64,000 nt of DNA from Bacteroidales bacterium. Its GTDB lineage: Bacteria > Bacteroidota > Bacteroidia > Bacteroidales > P3. How positions within the stretch are numbered: position 1 is the first letter of the stretch; each line of letters begins with the position of its first letter. Of this stretch, positions 9,150 to 18,100 are shown in pieces. The notes below the pieces were generated by a model. It was given only the letters and a program-made list of their open reading frames with translations, was not told the DNA's origin and did no database searches. The position numbers and the translations under genes were made by a program. The stretch spans positions 1,072 through 65,071 of the forward strand of contig JAFXAD010000055.1 in the NCBI GenBank assembly GCA_017522065.1. Reading direction: 5' to 3'.

Positions 9150-9243
9150 GGTGTTGTGTTTGAATTTCAAAAAAAGTTACTATTGCTGTAAGATTTTGAT
9201 GTCCTGAAACGATTTATACATGAAAACACAAAATTGAACAGCA

Positions 9244-9354
9244 ATGAAAACTATAAAGAAAATCTCTGCAACATTAATACCCATGGCAACAATCCTTTTC
9301 ACCGTAGTCTCCGGTATTGGCATATCCGAGTTGCTCATCTACGCCCTTGCGTGA
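9244..9354 (+). CDS. candidate 36-aa hydrophobic micro-ORF upstream of the ECF sigma gene
   Basis: ATG...TGA encoding MKTIKKISATLIPMATILFTVVSGIGISELLIYALA (basic N-terminus plus one TM-like helix). Ends 28 nt before the sigma GTG start. No other support. Confidence 0.25.
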   Translation: MKTIKKISATLIPMATILFTVVSGIGISELLIYALA

Positions 9355-9382
9355 CATTCTACCCTAAAACGCCACATACACC

Positions 9383-9868
9383 GTGACTCGCACAGAATAC
9401 AACAACAATGTCAAAACATGGTCCGGCAACGTGCTACGCTTTGCCGTGTGGAACTGTGGCGACAGGATGCGTGGCGAAGATGCAGTGCAAGAGGCCTTTG
9501 CAAAATTATGGGAGAATCGCGAGCAAGTTTCTGTCGAGAAAGGGCTTGGATACCTGTTGACCGTGGCGCGACGCTACCTGCTTGACTGTTTCCGTCACGA
9601 CGATGTCGTCTGTCGAGCTCATAAGGAAATGGCCGATACACAAGAGACGGCTTACGAAAGTCGCGATACAGGCTTGAGCGATGAGATGACGGCGGCACTT
9701 GTTCAGCTGCCAGAGATACAAAGGACTATAATGCAGCTGCGCGACGTGGAGGGATACAGCTACAAAGAGATAGCCGAACAACTCAAAATCAACGAAAACC
9801 AAGTGCAAGTCTACCTGTTCCGTGCTCGCACCACAATGAAAAAAATACTAATTAAAAAAGCCATATAA
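9383..9868 (+). CDS. ECF-type RNA polymerase sigma-70 family factor (paralogue of 3021-3506)
   Basis: 161 aa with a GTG start. It aligns end to end with the other sigma (MTRTEYNNNVK vs MTTKEYNDCIK; VQVYLFRARTTMKKIL vs VAVYLFRARKTMKKLL). Confidence 0.85.
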   Translation: MTRTEYNNNVKTWSGNVLRFAVWNCGDRMRGEDAVQEAFAKLWENREQVSVEKGLGYLLTVARRYLLDCFRHDDVVCRAHKEMADTQETAYESRDTGLSDEMTAALVQLPEIQRTIMQLRDVEGYSYKEIAEQLKINENQVQVYLFRARTTMKKILIKKAI

Positions 9869-9968
9869 AAACAAGTCAAGTTTACAATACAACTCTTTCT
9901 GAAGTTTGCTCCACTGCGGTCGCAGGCCTGCAGAGCAGGCAGAAAGTTGAGGTTAAAGTTAAAGAAAA

Positions 9969-10850
9969 ATGATAAACGAAGACAACATAGAACTCTATCT
10001 GTTCCGCTACAAGGAAGGTCTGCTTGACGAAGCCGAGACTGCCGAGGTGGAGAAGGCGCTGGCCTCGCGCCCCGACTGGCAGGAGCTAGCCGACCTCTAT
10101 GATCCCGAGCTGACCTTGCCGGCAGGTGCCACGATGCCCTACGCAGACTTCGAGTCGCTGCGCGATGGAGGCCCGAGAGCCGTCGAGAAGAAAACAATCC
10201 GTCTCGGCGAGGCAGTATACTTGCGCAGGATACCTATTTGGAAGACCATAGGCATAGCAGCATCACTGCTGGTCTTTGTGACATTCTTCGTCAAGTTTTT
10301 GGACAACATGCCCGCCGATGGGGGCGCAATAGTCGCGGAGCAAGGAACAGTGACGGTCGATTCAGTGACGCAACCGATACTCGATACCGACGTCGTGGAG
10401 TCATTTATGGAAACACGAGAGTCGGCCCCGACACGGACAGTTGACAAAACTGACGAGAATCTGTTGGCCGAAGTAGTTGAAGACAATTTTTTTGAAGAAC
10501 AAAATCCAGAAACCTATAGCGCCGAAACGGAACCCGAAGTCGAGATGACAAAAGCCGTGGATACAATAAAATATAAGATTGGCAATGGCACCAGTCGCGA
10601 ACTCAACGACCCGATGGACCAGGAGGTGCTCTATGCCGACAACATTATTGTCAGGAAAGCCCCCGACCCTTCAGAATCCGCGCAGCCCACCACTCGCCAG
10701 CAACTTCGCAGCATCGCCAAGCGCGCCACGTCGATCATTGCCGGCGCCTCGTCCAACCGCCAACAGCGTCGTCAGGCCTTTGGCGAATATATAGAAGACC
10801 AAATCGAAAACAACGAAATATTAAGTAACATAATAGCAACTATAGAATGA
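9969..10850 (+). CDS. anti-sigma factor (single-pass membrane protein)
   Basis: N-terminus ELYLFRYKEGLLDEAETAEVEKALASRPDWQELADLY parallels the 2058-2969 product. One TM helix (IGIAASLLVFVTFFV). ATGA overlap with the next gene. Confidence 0.7.
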   Translation: MINEDNIELYLFRYKEGLLDEAETAEVEKALASRPDWQELADLYDPELTLPAGATMPYADFESLRDGGPRAVEKKTIRLGEAVYLRRIPIWKTIGIAASLLVFVTFFVKFLDNMPADGGAIVAEQGTVTVDSVTQPILDTDVVESFMETRESAPTRTVDKTDENLLAEVVEDNFFEEQNPETYSAETEPEVEMTKAVDTIKYKIGNGTSRELNDPMDQEVLYADNIIVRKAPDPSESAQPTTRQQLRSIAKRATSIIAGASSNRQQRRQAFGEYIEDQIENNEILSNIIATIE

Positions 10851-12028
10851 AAACATTAGTTTCTTTTTTCAGCCTTGTGATTGCAGCCATATCGCTCTCA
10901 CTCAATGTGGCAGCACAAACCAAAAGTGTCCGCGAAAGCATCACTGCCGACAGCATCACATCTATCAAAGTATTAGGTAATTCACGTGTTGTTTGGGTCC
11001 ACGACACAGAGCCCTACATCCAGGTGTCGTGGTTCACCACCGACATCGAACAGCCTGAAAAATATGGTATCACCATCGAAGGTAACGAACTGACCTTCGA
11101 GGACCTCTTGGGCCGCTTCTACTATGAGCTGCACCTCGACAGCAGCACCAAGGTTCACGTCATCGTCGACGGCAACTCGCGCTTCGCCTGGCCTAACGGC
11201 AAAAAGACCGAGATTTCGAGCAGGATGGAGAACACCAGCATCAGTGGTGTGTTCAGCGAGCTGAAAGGCCTGGTCGACGAACTGGTGATCACCTACGACA
11301 GCGTGGCCAAAAGCGGCAACAGCAACAAGGCCGGCGAGGCCTTCGTCAACAGTCCCCGCAAGAAACGCAAATACACTTTCGGCGACCGCACCAACCTCGA
11401 CTTCCACTGGGCCTTCAACAACTGGGGCGACCAGCCCTACAACGGCCTCATGAAGATGGACGGCCCCTACAACCTGCGCACCAGCTTCAGCAGCTACCAG
11501 CTCAGCGAAAACTATGCTGTGATTATGACCGACCATTTCAAACTTAACATCGGCATCGGCTACGAGTCAGACGTATACAAGTTCACCGACAACTACGTGT
11601 CGATGGATGCCACAACAGGAGCCCTCGCCACTCAGAATCAGGCCGGTGTGGATGCCGTCAGCGGCATTACGGGTAGCAATCTCGGCGACTGGTCGTCGCG
11701 ATTCGTGACACGCTACGTAACCCTGCCCGTCGAGTTCGAATACCGCGACAAGAGCGCTCTAAGGTCGTGGCGTATCAAGCTGGGTGTCGTCCCCGGACTT
11801 TCGTTCAACAGCAGTCATACCGGCCTCAAGCACGAGTTGGAAAAACGTGGCCGCAACTATCAGGATGTGCAGGAGGGAGTCTCCAAGTTCGTAAACCCAT
11901 ACAAACTCGACGTGCGCTTCACCGTCAAGTGGAACTGGCTCGGCTTCTTCATCCAGCTGCCCACCATGCCTGTCTTTATCGATACCGACACCAAGGTTTA
12001 CCCCATCAAGCTCGGCTTCATGATCTGA
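10847..12028 (+). CDS. putative outer-membrane protein (N-terminal domain plus beta-barrel), ECF cassette member
   Basis: 393 aa with a signal peptide ...LNVAAQ and a C-terminal strand pattern ending KVYPIKLGFMI (compare KLYPFSAGVCFTF in the 693-2009 product). Confidence 0.6.
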   Translation: MKTLVSFFSLVIAAISLSLNVAAQTKSVRESITADSITSIKVLGNSRVVWVHDTEPYIQVSWFTTDIEQPEKYGITIEGNELTFEDLLGRFYYELHLDSSTKVHVIVDGNSRFAWPNGKKTEISSRMENTSISGVFSELKGLVDELVITYDSVAKSGNSNKAGEAFVNSPRKKRKYTFGDRTNLDFHWAFNNWGDQPYNGLMKMDGPYNLRTSFSSYQLSENYAVIMTDHFKLNIGIGYESDVYKFTDNYVSMDATTGALATQNQAGVDAVSGITGSNLGDWSSRFVTRYVTLPVEFEYRDKSALRSWRIKLGVVPGLSFNSSHTGLKHELEKRGRNYQDVQEGVSKFVNPYKLDVRFTVKWNWLGFFIQLPTMPVFIDTDTKVYPIKLGFMI

Positions 12029-12080
12029 AACACAAAAGACCCTATCATACTTGTTGCGCGGCCACAGGCCGCGACCCACA

Positions 12081-12114
12081 ATGCGCCCGACCGTTCGGCC
12101 GGGCGCATTTTTTG
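12081..12114 (+). terminator. intrinsic terminator
   Basis: ATGCGCCCGACCG-TTCG-GCCGGGCGCAT hairpin followed by TTTTTT. Confidence 0.6.
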
Positions 12115-12213
12115 CATCCGCTCCCGAAGACAAAAAACAAAATTTTTTTGCACGATATGTAAAAAAAACGTTTTTTCCGTTACTAATATGTTTAGAACAA
12201 AAAAACACTGACT

Positions 12214-13041
12214 ATGGACCACGGAAGGAACATCTGCCGACAGCTGAAGCAGCTGCGGCGCGACATCGCCGACCAGAACGGCATCGAGCTGCACCAGGAG
12301 GAGTGCACCTACAAGGGCCACTGCGACGGCACCTGCCCCCATTGCGACGCCGAGTTGCAATACATCGAGCGCGAGCTGGCACGCCGCCAAAGCCTCGGCA
12401 AGGCCGCTGTCGTGGCCGGCACAGTGCTGACGATGGCATCGGTGCAGACGGCACAAGCCCAGGAACCCATCCTTATGGGCAAGCCGGCAATGCCGGTCGA
12501 AGAGCGCGCTGACCAAGGCACGCTGAAAGGAACCGTTACCGACCAAAAAACCGGCGAACCGCTGATTGGCTGCAATGTCGTGTTAAGGCAAAACGGGCAG
12601 ATTATCACGGGGGCAAGAACCGATTTCGACGGCATCTACACCATCAAGGGTGTAAAGGCGGGCACATATTCGGTGGAGTTTTCGTATATAGGCTACATCA
12701 AACTGATTGTGCCTGAATTTGAAGTCCGTGCGAAAGGCTTCACTATACTGAATCGGGGTTTATCGCGCAAAAAAAATGCCAACGACGAGGCGACTGAAGT
12801 CGAGCCCCCTTTGATGGGCATTGTGCCTGTGGAGCACATCAACATCGGTGAGCCCGACACAGGTCGTACTCCGACTGTGATTATCGAAACCAACAGCACT
12901 GGTGAGGCCACGGGCAAATACGCCATCGGCGGCGTCGAGACACAGCTGGACGGCACCCCGGCCAGCGAATCGGGCAATCCGTTGCCCAATGAGCGTCCGA
13001 AAATCGACGTGGTTAATCCGCTTGACCAAAAGGCACAATAG
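12214..13041 (+). CDS. Cys-rich N-terminal domain / single TM / CarboxypepD_reg-domain protein
   Basis: N-terminus CRQLKQLRRDIADQNGIELHQEECTYKGHCDGTCPHCDAE has 5 Cys. TM helix AAVVAGTVLTMASV. Then QGTLKGTVTDQKTGEPLIGCNVVL...SYIGY (carboxypeptidase-regulatory-like fold) and a Pro/Gly/Thr-rich tail. Confidence 0.7.
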   Translation: MDHGRNICRQLKQLRRDIADQNGIELHQEECTYKGHCDGTCPHCDAELQYIERELARRQSLGKAAVVAGTVLTMASVQTAQAQEPILMGKPAMPVEERADQGTLKGTVTDQKTGEPLIGCNVVLRQNGQIITGARTDFDGIYTIKGVKAGTYSVEFSYIGYIKLIVPEFEVRAKGFTILNRGLSRKKNANDEATEVEPPLMGIVPVEHINIGEPDTGRTPTVIIETNSTGEATGKYAIGGVETQLDGTPASESGNPLPNERPKIDVVNPLDQKAQ

Positions 13042-13044
13042 GTA

Positions 13045-13686
13045 ATGGATGCAGTCCCATTTATCGGCGTTTCGCGTCACCGTATCGGCGTCGACGGCAA
13101 CGGCGTCACTACGCTGGCGGCTTTCCACGGCTGTCCGCTGCGATGCCGCTACTGCTTGAATCCGGCCTGCACGGGACCGACCGACCGCCTGTTCCGCTAC
13201 ACGCCCGAAAGCCTTTACGAGAAGGTGCGCATCGATAATCTCTATTTTCTGGCCACCGGTGGTGGCATCTGTTTCGGCGGTGGCGAGCCGCTGCTGAGGA
13301 TTGATTTTCTGGAGCAGTTCCGCGCACTGTGCGGCACGGCGTGGCGCCTGACGGCCGAGACGTCGCTGGCCGTTCCGCGTGCGACGGTGGCAAGGGCGGC
13401 CGCAATATTCGACGATTTTATTGTCGACATAAAGGACTCGAACCCCGACATATACAAGCGCTACACCGGCCGCAGCAACCGCCAGTCGCTGGGCAACTTG
13501 CGATGGCTGCTGAAAAAGAAAGGCGCTGATAACATAATTGTGCGCGTGCCGCTTATACCGGAGTATAACAGCGACGCCGACCGCGACCGCACAGTCGCTC
13601 TCCTCAAGGATTGGGGCGTCACGCGCATCGACCGATTCGAATATATAGTCAAAGAAAAGAATGAGAACAGTAATACAGCGAGTTAG
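13045..13686 (+). CDS. radical SAM protein, small glycyl-radical-activase-like type
   Basis: VSRHRIGVDGNGVTTLAAFHGCPLRCRYCLNP is a CxxxCxxC cluster motif with an activase-like lead-in. GGGEPLL is a SAM-binding motif. Only 213 aa, and 3 nt after the previous gene. Confidence 0.8.
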   Translation: MDAVPFIGVSRHRIGVDGNGVTTLAAFHGCPLRCRYCLNPACTGPTDRLFRYTPESLYEKVRIDNLYFLATGGGICFGGGEPLLRIDFLEQFRALCGTAWRLTAETSLAVPRATVARAAAIFDDFIVDIKDSNPDIYKRYTGRSNRQSLGNLRWLLKKKGADNIIVRVPLIPEYNSDADRDRTVALLKDWGVTRIDRFEYIVKEKNENSNTAS

Positions 13687-14122
13687 GTCGGCTTCGGTCG
13701 ACATCGAAGGTAAGCGGCACAGCGAGATAGGTCACGGCCTGCTGGTGCTTGTAGGCATCGAGGACCGCGACACCGAACAGGACATCGACTACCTGTGCCA
13801 CAAGATTGCGCAGATGCGGATTTTCGACGACGAACAGGGCGTGATGAATCTCCCGGTAACTGCTGTCGAAGATTTCGGCATCCTCGTCGTCAGCCAGTTC
13901 ACCCTTATGGCAAGTACGCGCAAGGGGAACAGACCCAGCTATATACATGCTTCGCGGCCCGATTTCGCCGTTCCGATGTATGAAAAATTCTGCAGCCTGC
14001 TGTCGAATGTTGTCGGCAAACAGGTGCAGACTGGTGTCTTCGGCGCCGACATGAAGGTGGCACTCATCAACGATGGACCGGTAACTATCATTATGGACTC
14101 GCACTTGAAGGAGGATTTTTAA
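13661..14122 (+). CDS. dtd: D-aminoacyl-tRNA deacylase
   Basis: MRTVIQRV...GLLVLVGIE...SQFTL...KGNRPSY motifs. Overlaps the radical SAM gene by 26 nt. Confidence 0.9.
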   Translation: MRTVIQRVRSASVDIEGKRHSEIGHGLLVLVGIEDRDTEQDIDYLCHKIAQMRIFDDEQGVMNLPVTAVEDFGILVVSQFTLMASTRKGNRPSYIHASRPDFAVPMYEKFCSLLSNVVGKQVQTGVFGADMKVALINDGPVTIIMDSHLKEDF

Positions 14123-14134
14123 AGTTGAACGTAA

Positions 14135-14962
14135 ATGAATAAAGTTGTTTTATTGACAGGGGCCAGTAGTGGCATAGGCTACGATACGGCTATCCATCTT
14201 GCAAAGCAGGGCCACAAAGTATATGCAGCGGCTCGCCGGCTCGAACTTATGGAACCTCTTAAAGAATATGGTATTGTGCCTATCAGAATGGATGTTACCG
14301 ACGAACAGTCGATGGCAGATGGTGTGAAGAACATATTGGACGCTGAAGGACGGATAGACGTTTTGATAAACAACGCCGGCTACGGATGGTTTGGCGCTAT
14401 CGAGACAACCCCTCTGGAGGAGGCTCGCCGCCAGCAGGAAGTCAACGTGTTCGGACTGGCAAGGCTCTGTCAGCTGGTGCTGCCGACTATGCGCAAACAG
14501 GGCAACGGACGCATCATCAACACTTCGTCAATTGCCGGGAAAATAGTGCTGCAATACGGCGGATGGTACCACGTGTCGAAATTCTCGGTCGAGGCATTGA
14601 GCGACGCCCTGCGTATGGAAGTAAAACCCTTCGGCATCGATGTCTCGATGATCGAACCGGGCGGCATTAAGACCGATTGGGGCATCATTGCCGCTCGTCA
14701 CCTGAAAGAGTCGTCGGCTGGCTCGCCCTACGAGCAATCGGCAACTAACGAGGCCGACTTGTTGCATAAGGCCTATTCTGGACGTTGGCTATCCTCGCCA
14801 CACGTTATCACCAAAGCTATTTCGCGCGCTGTCAACAGCCGCCGCCCGCGTGCCCGATACCGGACGGGACGATTCTCACACCTTGGCGTCTTCTTCCATT
14901 GGCTGTTGCCTACACGTTGGTGGGATGCCTTGATGCGGGCCTTCAGCCGTGTCAAACTATAG
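14135..14962 (+). CDS. short-chain dehydrogenase/reductase (SDR) family oxidoreductase
   Basis: TGASSGIG cofactor motif, NNAGYG, and the catalytic YHVSK motif. Confidence 0.9.
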   Translation: MNKVVLLTGASSGIGYDTAIHLAKQGHKVYAAARRLELMEPLKEYGIVPIRMDVTDEQSMADGVKNILDAEGRIDVLINNAGYGWFGAIETTPLEEARRQQEVNVFGLARLCQLVLPTMRKQGNGRIINTSSIAGKIVLQYGGWYHVSKFSVEALSDALRMEVKPFGIDVSMIEPGGIKTDWGIIAARHLKESSAGSPYEQSATNEADLLHKAYSGRWLSSPHVITKAISRAVNSRRPRARYRTGRFSHLGVFFHWLLPTRWWDALMRAFSRVKL

Positions 14963-15046
14963 GATTTGAGCGGCGATGTGAAAGGAATGAAGGAATGATT
15001 TGTTAAATTTTTTTTGATTTTTCTTGGCTGAATGATAACTAATGTG

Positions 15047-15054
15047 TAACTTTG
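15047..15054 (+). promoter_or_regulatory. Bacteroides-type -7 promoter motif (TAACTTTG)
   Basis: 31 nt upstream of the ATG at 15085. Confidence 0.4.
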
Positions 15055-15084
15055 CACATTGAAAACCAATAAAAAAGTAAAGCC

Positions 15085-17160
15085 ATGAAAAAGTCCTTAT
15101 TCCTTGTTTTATGCCTAATCTGCATGATTTCGGGCAAGTCGTTCGCCGATGTTGGCGATACGTTATCTTATTGTGGCAATGCAGCGCTGTCGACACGAAT
15201 AGGTGTCAACAACACTACGTCGACAGTTTACTGGGGTATAATGCTTCCGGCGGCCCAGCTGTCGGGGCACGATTCGGTGCAGAGCGTACTTCTCTACGTA
15301 ACTCCTACGGATGCGGGAACCTATACGCTCTACCTTTATCAGGGAGGCACATCCTCACCCCAGACGCTTGTCTACACAAAGACCTATCAGATTAATCCTT
15401 CTGCTGCGGGCTGGCAGCATTGTGCGTTAGACAGTTCTGTTGTCATTCCATCCAATACGAACCTTTGGGTGGTTTTCGCCAATACGGATGTTCTCTATCC
15501 TGCTGCAGCCTGTGCGTATGTCAACAACGTGAACAGCAATTGGTTGTCACTCGACGGAACTTCGTGGACGCATGCCGACACGCAGGTGGGACTGCCACAG
15601 AGCTACAGTTGGCTTATAAAGTGCGTCACACATACTTCAGCAACAGCGGCCCCTGTCGTTGTCGCGCATGGTCCGACTATGGGTGTTACGGGCTCTCCGT
15701 TGACCTTTACGGCCGATGCAAGCAGCGGAGCCACCGTGAGTTGGCAACTCGCAGGGGGCACGCCGACAACAGCCTCGGGTATGTCGGTTACCGCCACTTG
15801 GAACAATCCGGGCACTTACAATGTAATAGCTACTGCCACCAATGCCAATGGCACATCGCGCGACACAATAGTGCTCAATGTGTTCGAATGTCAAGAGGTC
15901 GTGTCGTTCCCATACACTATGGGGTTCGAAAGCACCGATCCGCTTGCCTGCTGGACCATTGTGGACGCAGATGGTGACGGGTATGCGTGGGATGCTGCGG
16001 TTTTTTCGGGCGCCGCGGCAAACAATGGGTCTGGCTGTATCGCTTCGGCTTCTTATATAAACGGCCCTGGAGCTTTGACCCCTGATAACTGGCTGATAAG
16101 CCCTCAGATATACCTCCCTCAGGACAACGGATTCACTCTTTCGTGGTATGATGGGGCGGTCGACCAGAACTATTACGAAGAGCATTACGGAGTATACATT
16201 TCAACAACGGGCACAGCCACATCGGATTTCTCTCTGCTGCAAGAATACGATATCACAGGCACTGCATGGACGCAGAAGTCCATCGACCTCAGCAGCTATG
16301 CAGGACAGCATGTCTATATTGCGTTCCGCCACTTCGACATTACGGATATGTATTGGATGAAGATTGACGATATAACCATTACCATGCAGCAACCGAGCAC
16401 TTATTTGGTGTCGTTCGAGTGTGAGGGTAATTTTGCCGGCAAGGTTGACACGCTTGCTTCGGGCAACAATCCTTCGCTTTGTGGACAGCAGGTGTCGCTC
16501 AGTTCACAGCATACAACGCCGATATACATTACCTGCCAGAAATTCGAGTTCGACCTTGATGCCTTGTATGTCAATGGGGTAGACAGAAAGGGCGATGCGC
16601 AATTCATCCCTGGCGATGTGCAGAATGTTTATTTGTATAATTTCCAGCCAACTGAGCCTACAACGATTCGGGTACTATTTGTCGGACGTGAAATGACGGT
16701 GACTGTCATTGCCAACCCAACACAAGGAGGGTCGGTGACTGGCGGTGGAACGTATCACTATCTCGATACGGCAACTCTTGTGGCTACTGCGAACAGCGGT
16801 TACACATTTACAGGATGGAACGACGGCAACACCGACAATCCGCGACAGATTGTCGTTACGGCTAATACTACCTATACGGCTAATTTTGCTACATCTCAGT
16901 CGATTGATGAGGTGCTGGCTACATCGGTAAGGCTGACTCCTAATCCGGCATCGAGTTTTGTGGAACTTTCGCTTGAAGGCATCTCCGAGAGCGTGACGGT
17001 GTCGATAGTCGACTTGTGCGGCAGGACGGTAGTCTCGGTGACAGATGCTGACGGAGGGGGAAAAACAAGACTGGATGTGTCGTCGCTGCCAGCCGGCCCA
17101 TACTTTGTGAGGGTCAGCGGCATTGGAGTCAACAACGTTTATAGACTTTTGAAGAAGTAG
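15085..17160 (+). CDS. T9SS cargo protein: PKD-like, cleaved-adhesin/MAM-like and InlB-B-repeat-like modules plus a type-A CTD
   Basis: Signal peptide. DADGDGYAWD module. GGSVTGGGTYHYLDTATLVATANSGYTFTGWNDG (Listeria-Bacteroides repeat type). CTD LTPNPASSFVEL...GPYFVRVSG...VYRLLKK. Confidence 0.85.
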   Translation: MKKSLFLVLCLICMISGKSFADVGDTLSYCGNAALSTRIGVNNTTSTVYWGIMLPAAQLSGHDSVQSVLLYVTPTDAGTYTLYLYQGGTSSPQTLVYTKTYQINPSAAGWQHCALDSSVVIPSNTNLWVVFANTDVLYPAAACAYVNNVNSNWLSLDGTSWTHADTQVGLPQSYSWLIKCVTHTSATAAPVVVAHGPTMGVTGSPLTFTADASSGATVSWQLAGGTPTTASGMSVTATWNNPGTYNVIATATNANGTSRDTIVLNVFECQEVVSFPYTMGFESTDPLACWTIVDADGDGYAWDAAVFSGAAANNGSGCIASASYINGPGALTPDNWLISPQIYLPQDNGFTLSWYDGAVDQNYYEEHYGVYISTTGTATSDFSLLQEYDITGTAWTQKSIDLSSYAGQHVYIAFRHFDITDMYWMKIDDITITMQQPSTYLVSFECEGNFAGKVDTLASGNNPSLCGQQVSLSSQHTTPIYITCQKFEFDLDALYVNGVDRKGDAQFIPGDVQNVYLYNFQPTEPTTIRVLFVGREMTVTVIANPTQGGSVTGGGTYHYLDTATLVATANSGYTFTGWNDGNTDNPRQIVVTANTTYTANFATSQSIDEVLATSVRLTPNPASSFVELSLEGISESVTVSIVDLCGRTVVSVTDADGGGKTRLDVSSLPAGPYFVRVSGIGVNNVYRLLKK

Positions 17161-17171
17161 TTGTCGCGTAT

Positions 17172-17930
17172 TTATCCCAGCAGAACGTCCATGGCCATCA
17201 TCGTCACAAATCCTACGGCAAATCCTATTGTCGAAAGGTTTGTGTGATGGCCTTGGGCTGTCTCGGGTATCAGTTCTTCAACAACCACATACATCATGGC
17301 GCCTGCGGCAAAAGCAAGCAGGTAGGGGAGGGCTACACCGAGCGTCGAAGCCAGCAACAGTATCGCTACCGATCCGAGGGGCTCGACGACGCCGCTGAGC
17401 GATCCGATGAGGAACGAACGCCAGCGTGTATTGCCCTCGGCATGCATGGGCATCGATATTATCGCTCCTTCTGGGATGTTCTGGATGGCAATGCCTATCG
17501 AGACGGCAAGTGCTGCCGATAGCGTCAGGCCTTGGCTTTCGCCTGCAAAAACCACGCCGACAGCCATTCCTTCGGGTAGATTGTGTATGGTGACGGCAAG
17601 TGCAAGCATCGCTGTCCGCGACAGGCGTGACCGTGGTCCTTCGGCACGGGCGGCACCGTTGTGCAAGTGGGGGGTCACTTCGTCAATAAGCAATAGAAAA
17701 GCAATGCCTGCAAGAAAGCCTATAGATGCTGGCAATATCCCTCCCGTTGACATCTCCATCGAGGGCAGCAGCAGCGACCACACGCTGGCGGCTACCATCA
17801 CTCCCGACGCAAAGCCCAGCAGCGTCTTCTGTAGCCGGTCGGGTATGTCTTTCTTCATGAAGAAAACAAACGACGACCCCAGCATGGTGCCTGCCAATGG
17901 TAGCAAGATTCCTATCAGTGTTGGTGACAT
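17172..17930 (-). CDS. ZIP family metal (zinc) transporter
   Basis: Multi-TM protein with the HNLPEGMAVG and IQNIPEG signatures of ZupT/ZIP proteins. Confidence 0.85.
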   Translation of the reverse strand: MSPTLIGILLPLAGTMLGSSFVFFMKKDIPDRLQKTLLGFASGVMVAASVWSLLLPSMEMSTGGILPASIGFLAGIAFLLLIDEVTPHLHNGAARAEGPRSRLSRTAMLALAVTIHNLPEGMAVGVVFAGESQGLTLSAALAVSIGIAIQNIPEGAIISMPMHAEGNTRWRSFLIGSLSGVVEPLGSVAILLLASTLGVALPYLLAFAAGAMMYVVVEELIPETAQGHHTNLSTIGFAVGFVTMMAMDVLLG

Positions 17931-18100
17931 TGTTTGTTTTGTTTGGTGTCGTTACAATGGCAGGTGCTGCTGCCACTATGGGGACAGTGACTGCAGCCGC
18001 AACTGCACCCGTTACCCCCTTTTAGCTGGTGTACAATCCAACGTACCACGCCGACGGCGGTAACTGCAAGTATCAGTATGACAATGACGTTTTGAATCAT
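17915..18100 (-). CDS. FeoB-associated Cys-rich small membrane protein
   Basis: MIQNVIVILILAVTAVGVVRWIVHQLKGGNGCSCGCSHCPH... is one TM helix plus a Cys cluster. ATGA overlap with the feoB stop and a 16-nt overlap with the ZIP start. Confidence 0.6.
   Translation of the reverse strand: MIQNVIVILILAVTAVGVVRWIVHQLKGGNGCSCGCSHCPHSGSSTCHCNDTKQNKQCHQH

Noticed and set aside
12700-12740. The VRAKGF segment in the radical-SAM-associated protein as a possible glycyl-radical motif (RVxG[FYW]).
   Set aside because: The equivalent position in the 48181 barrel domain reads VKATGF, so it is an ordinary strand of the CarboxypepD_reg fold. It is also predicted periplasmic, out of reach of a cytoplasmic activase.
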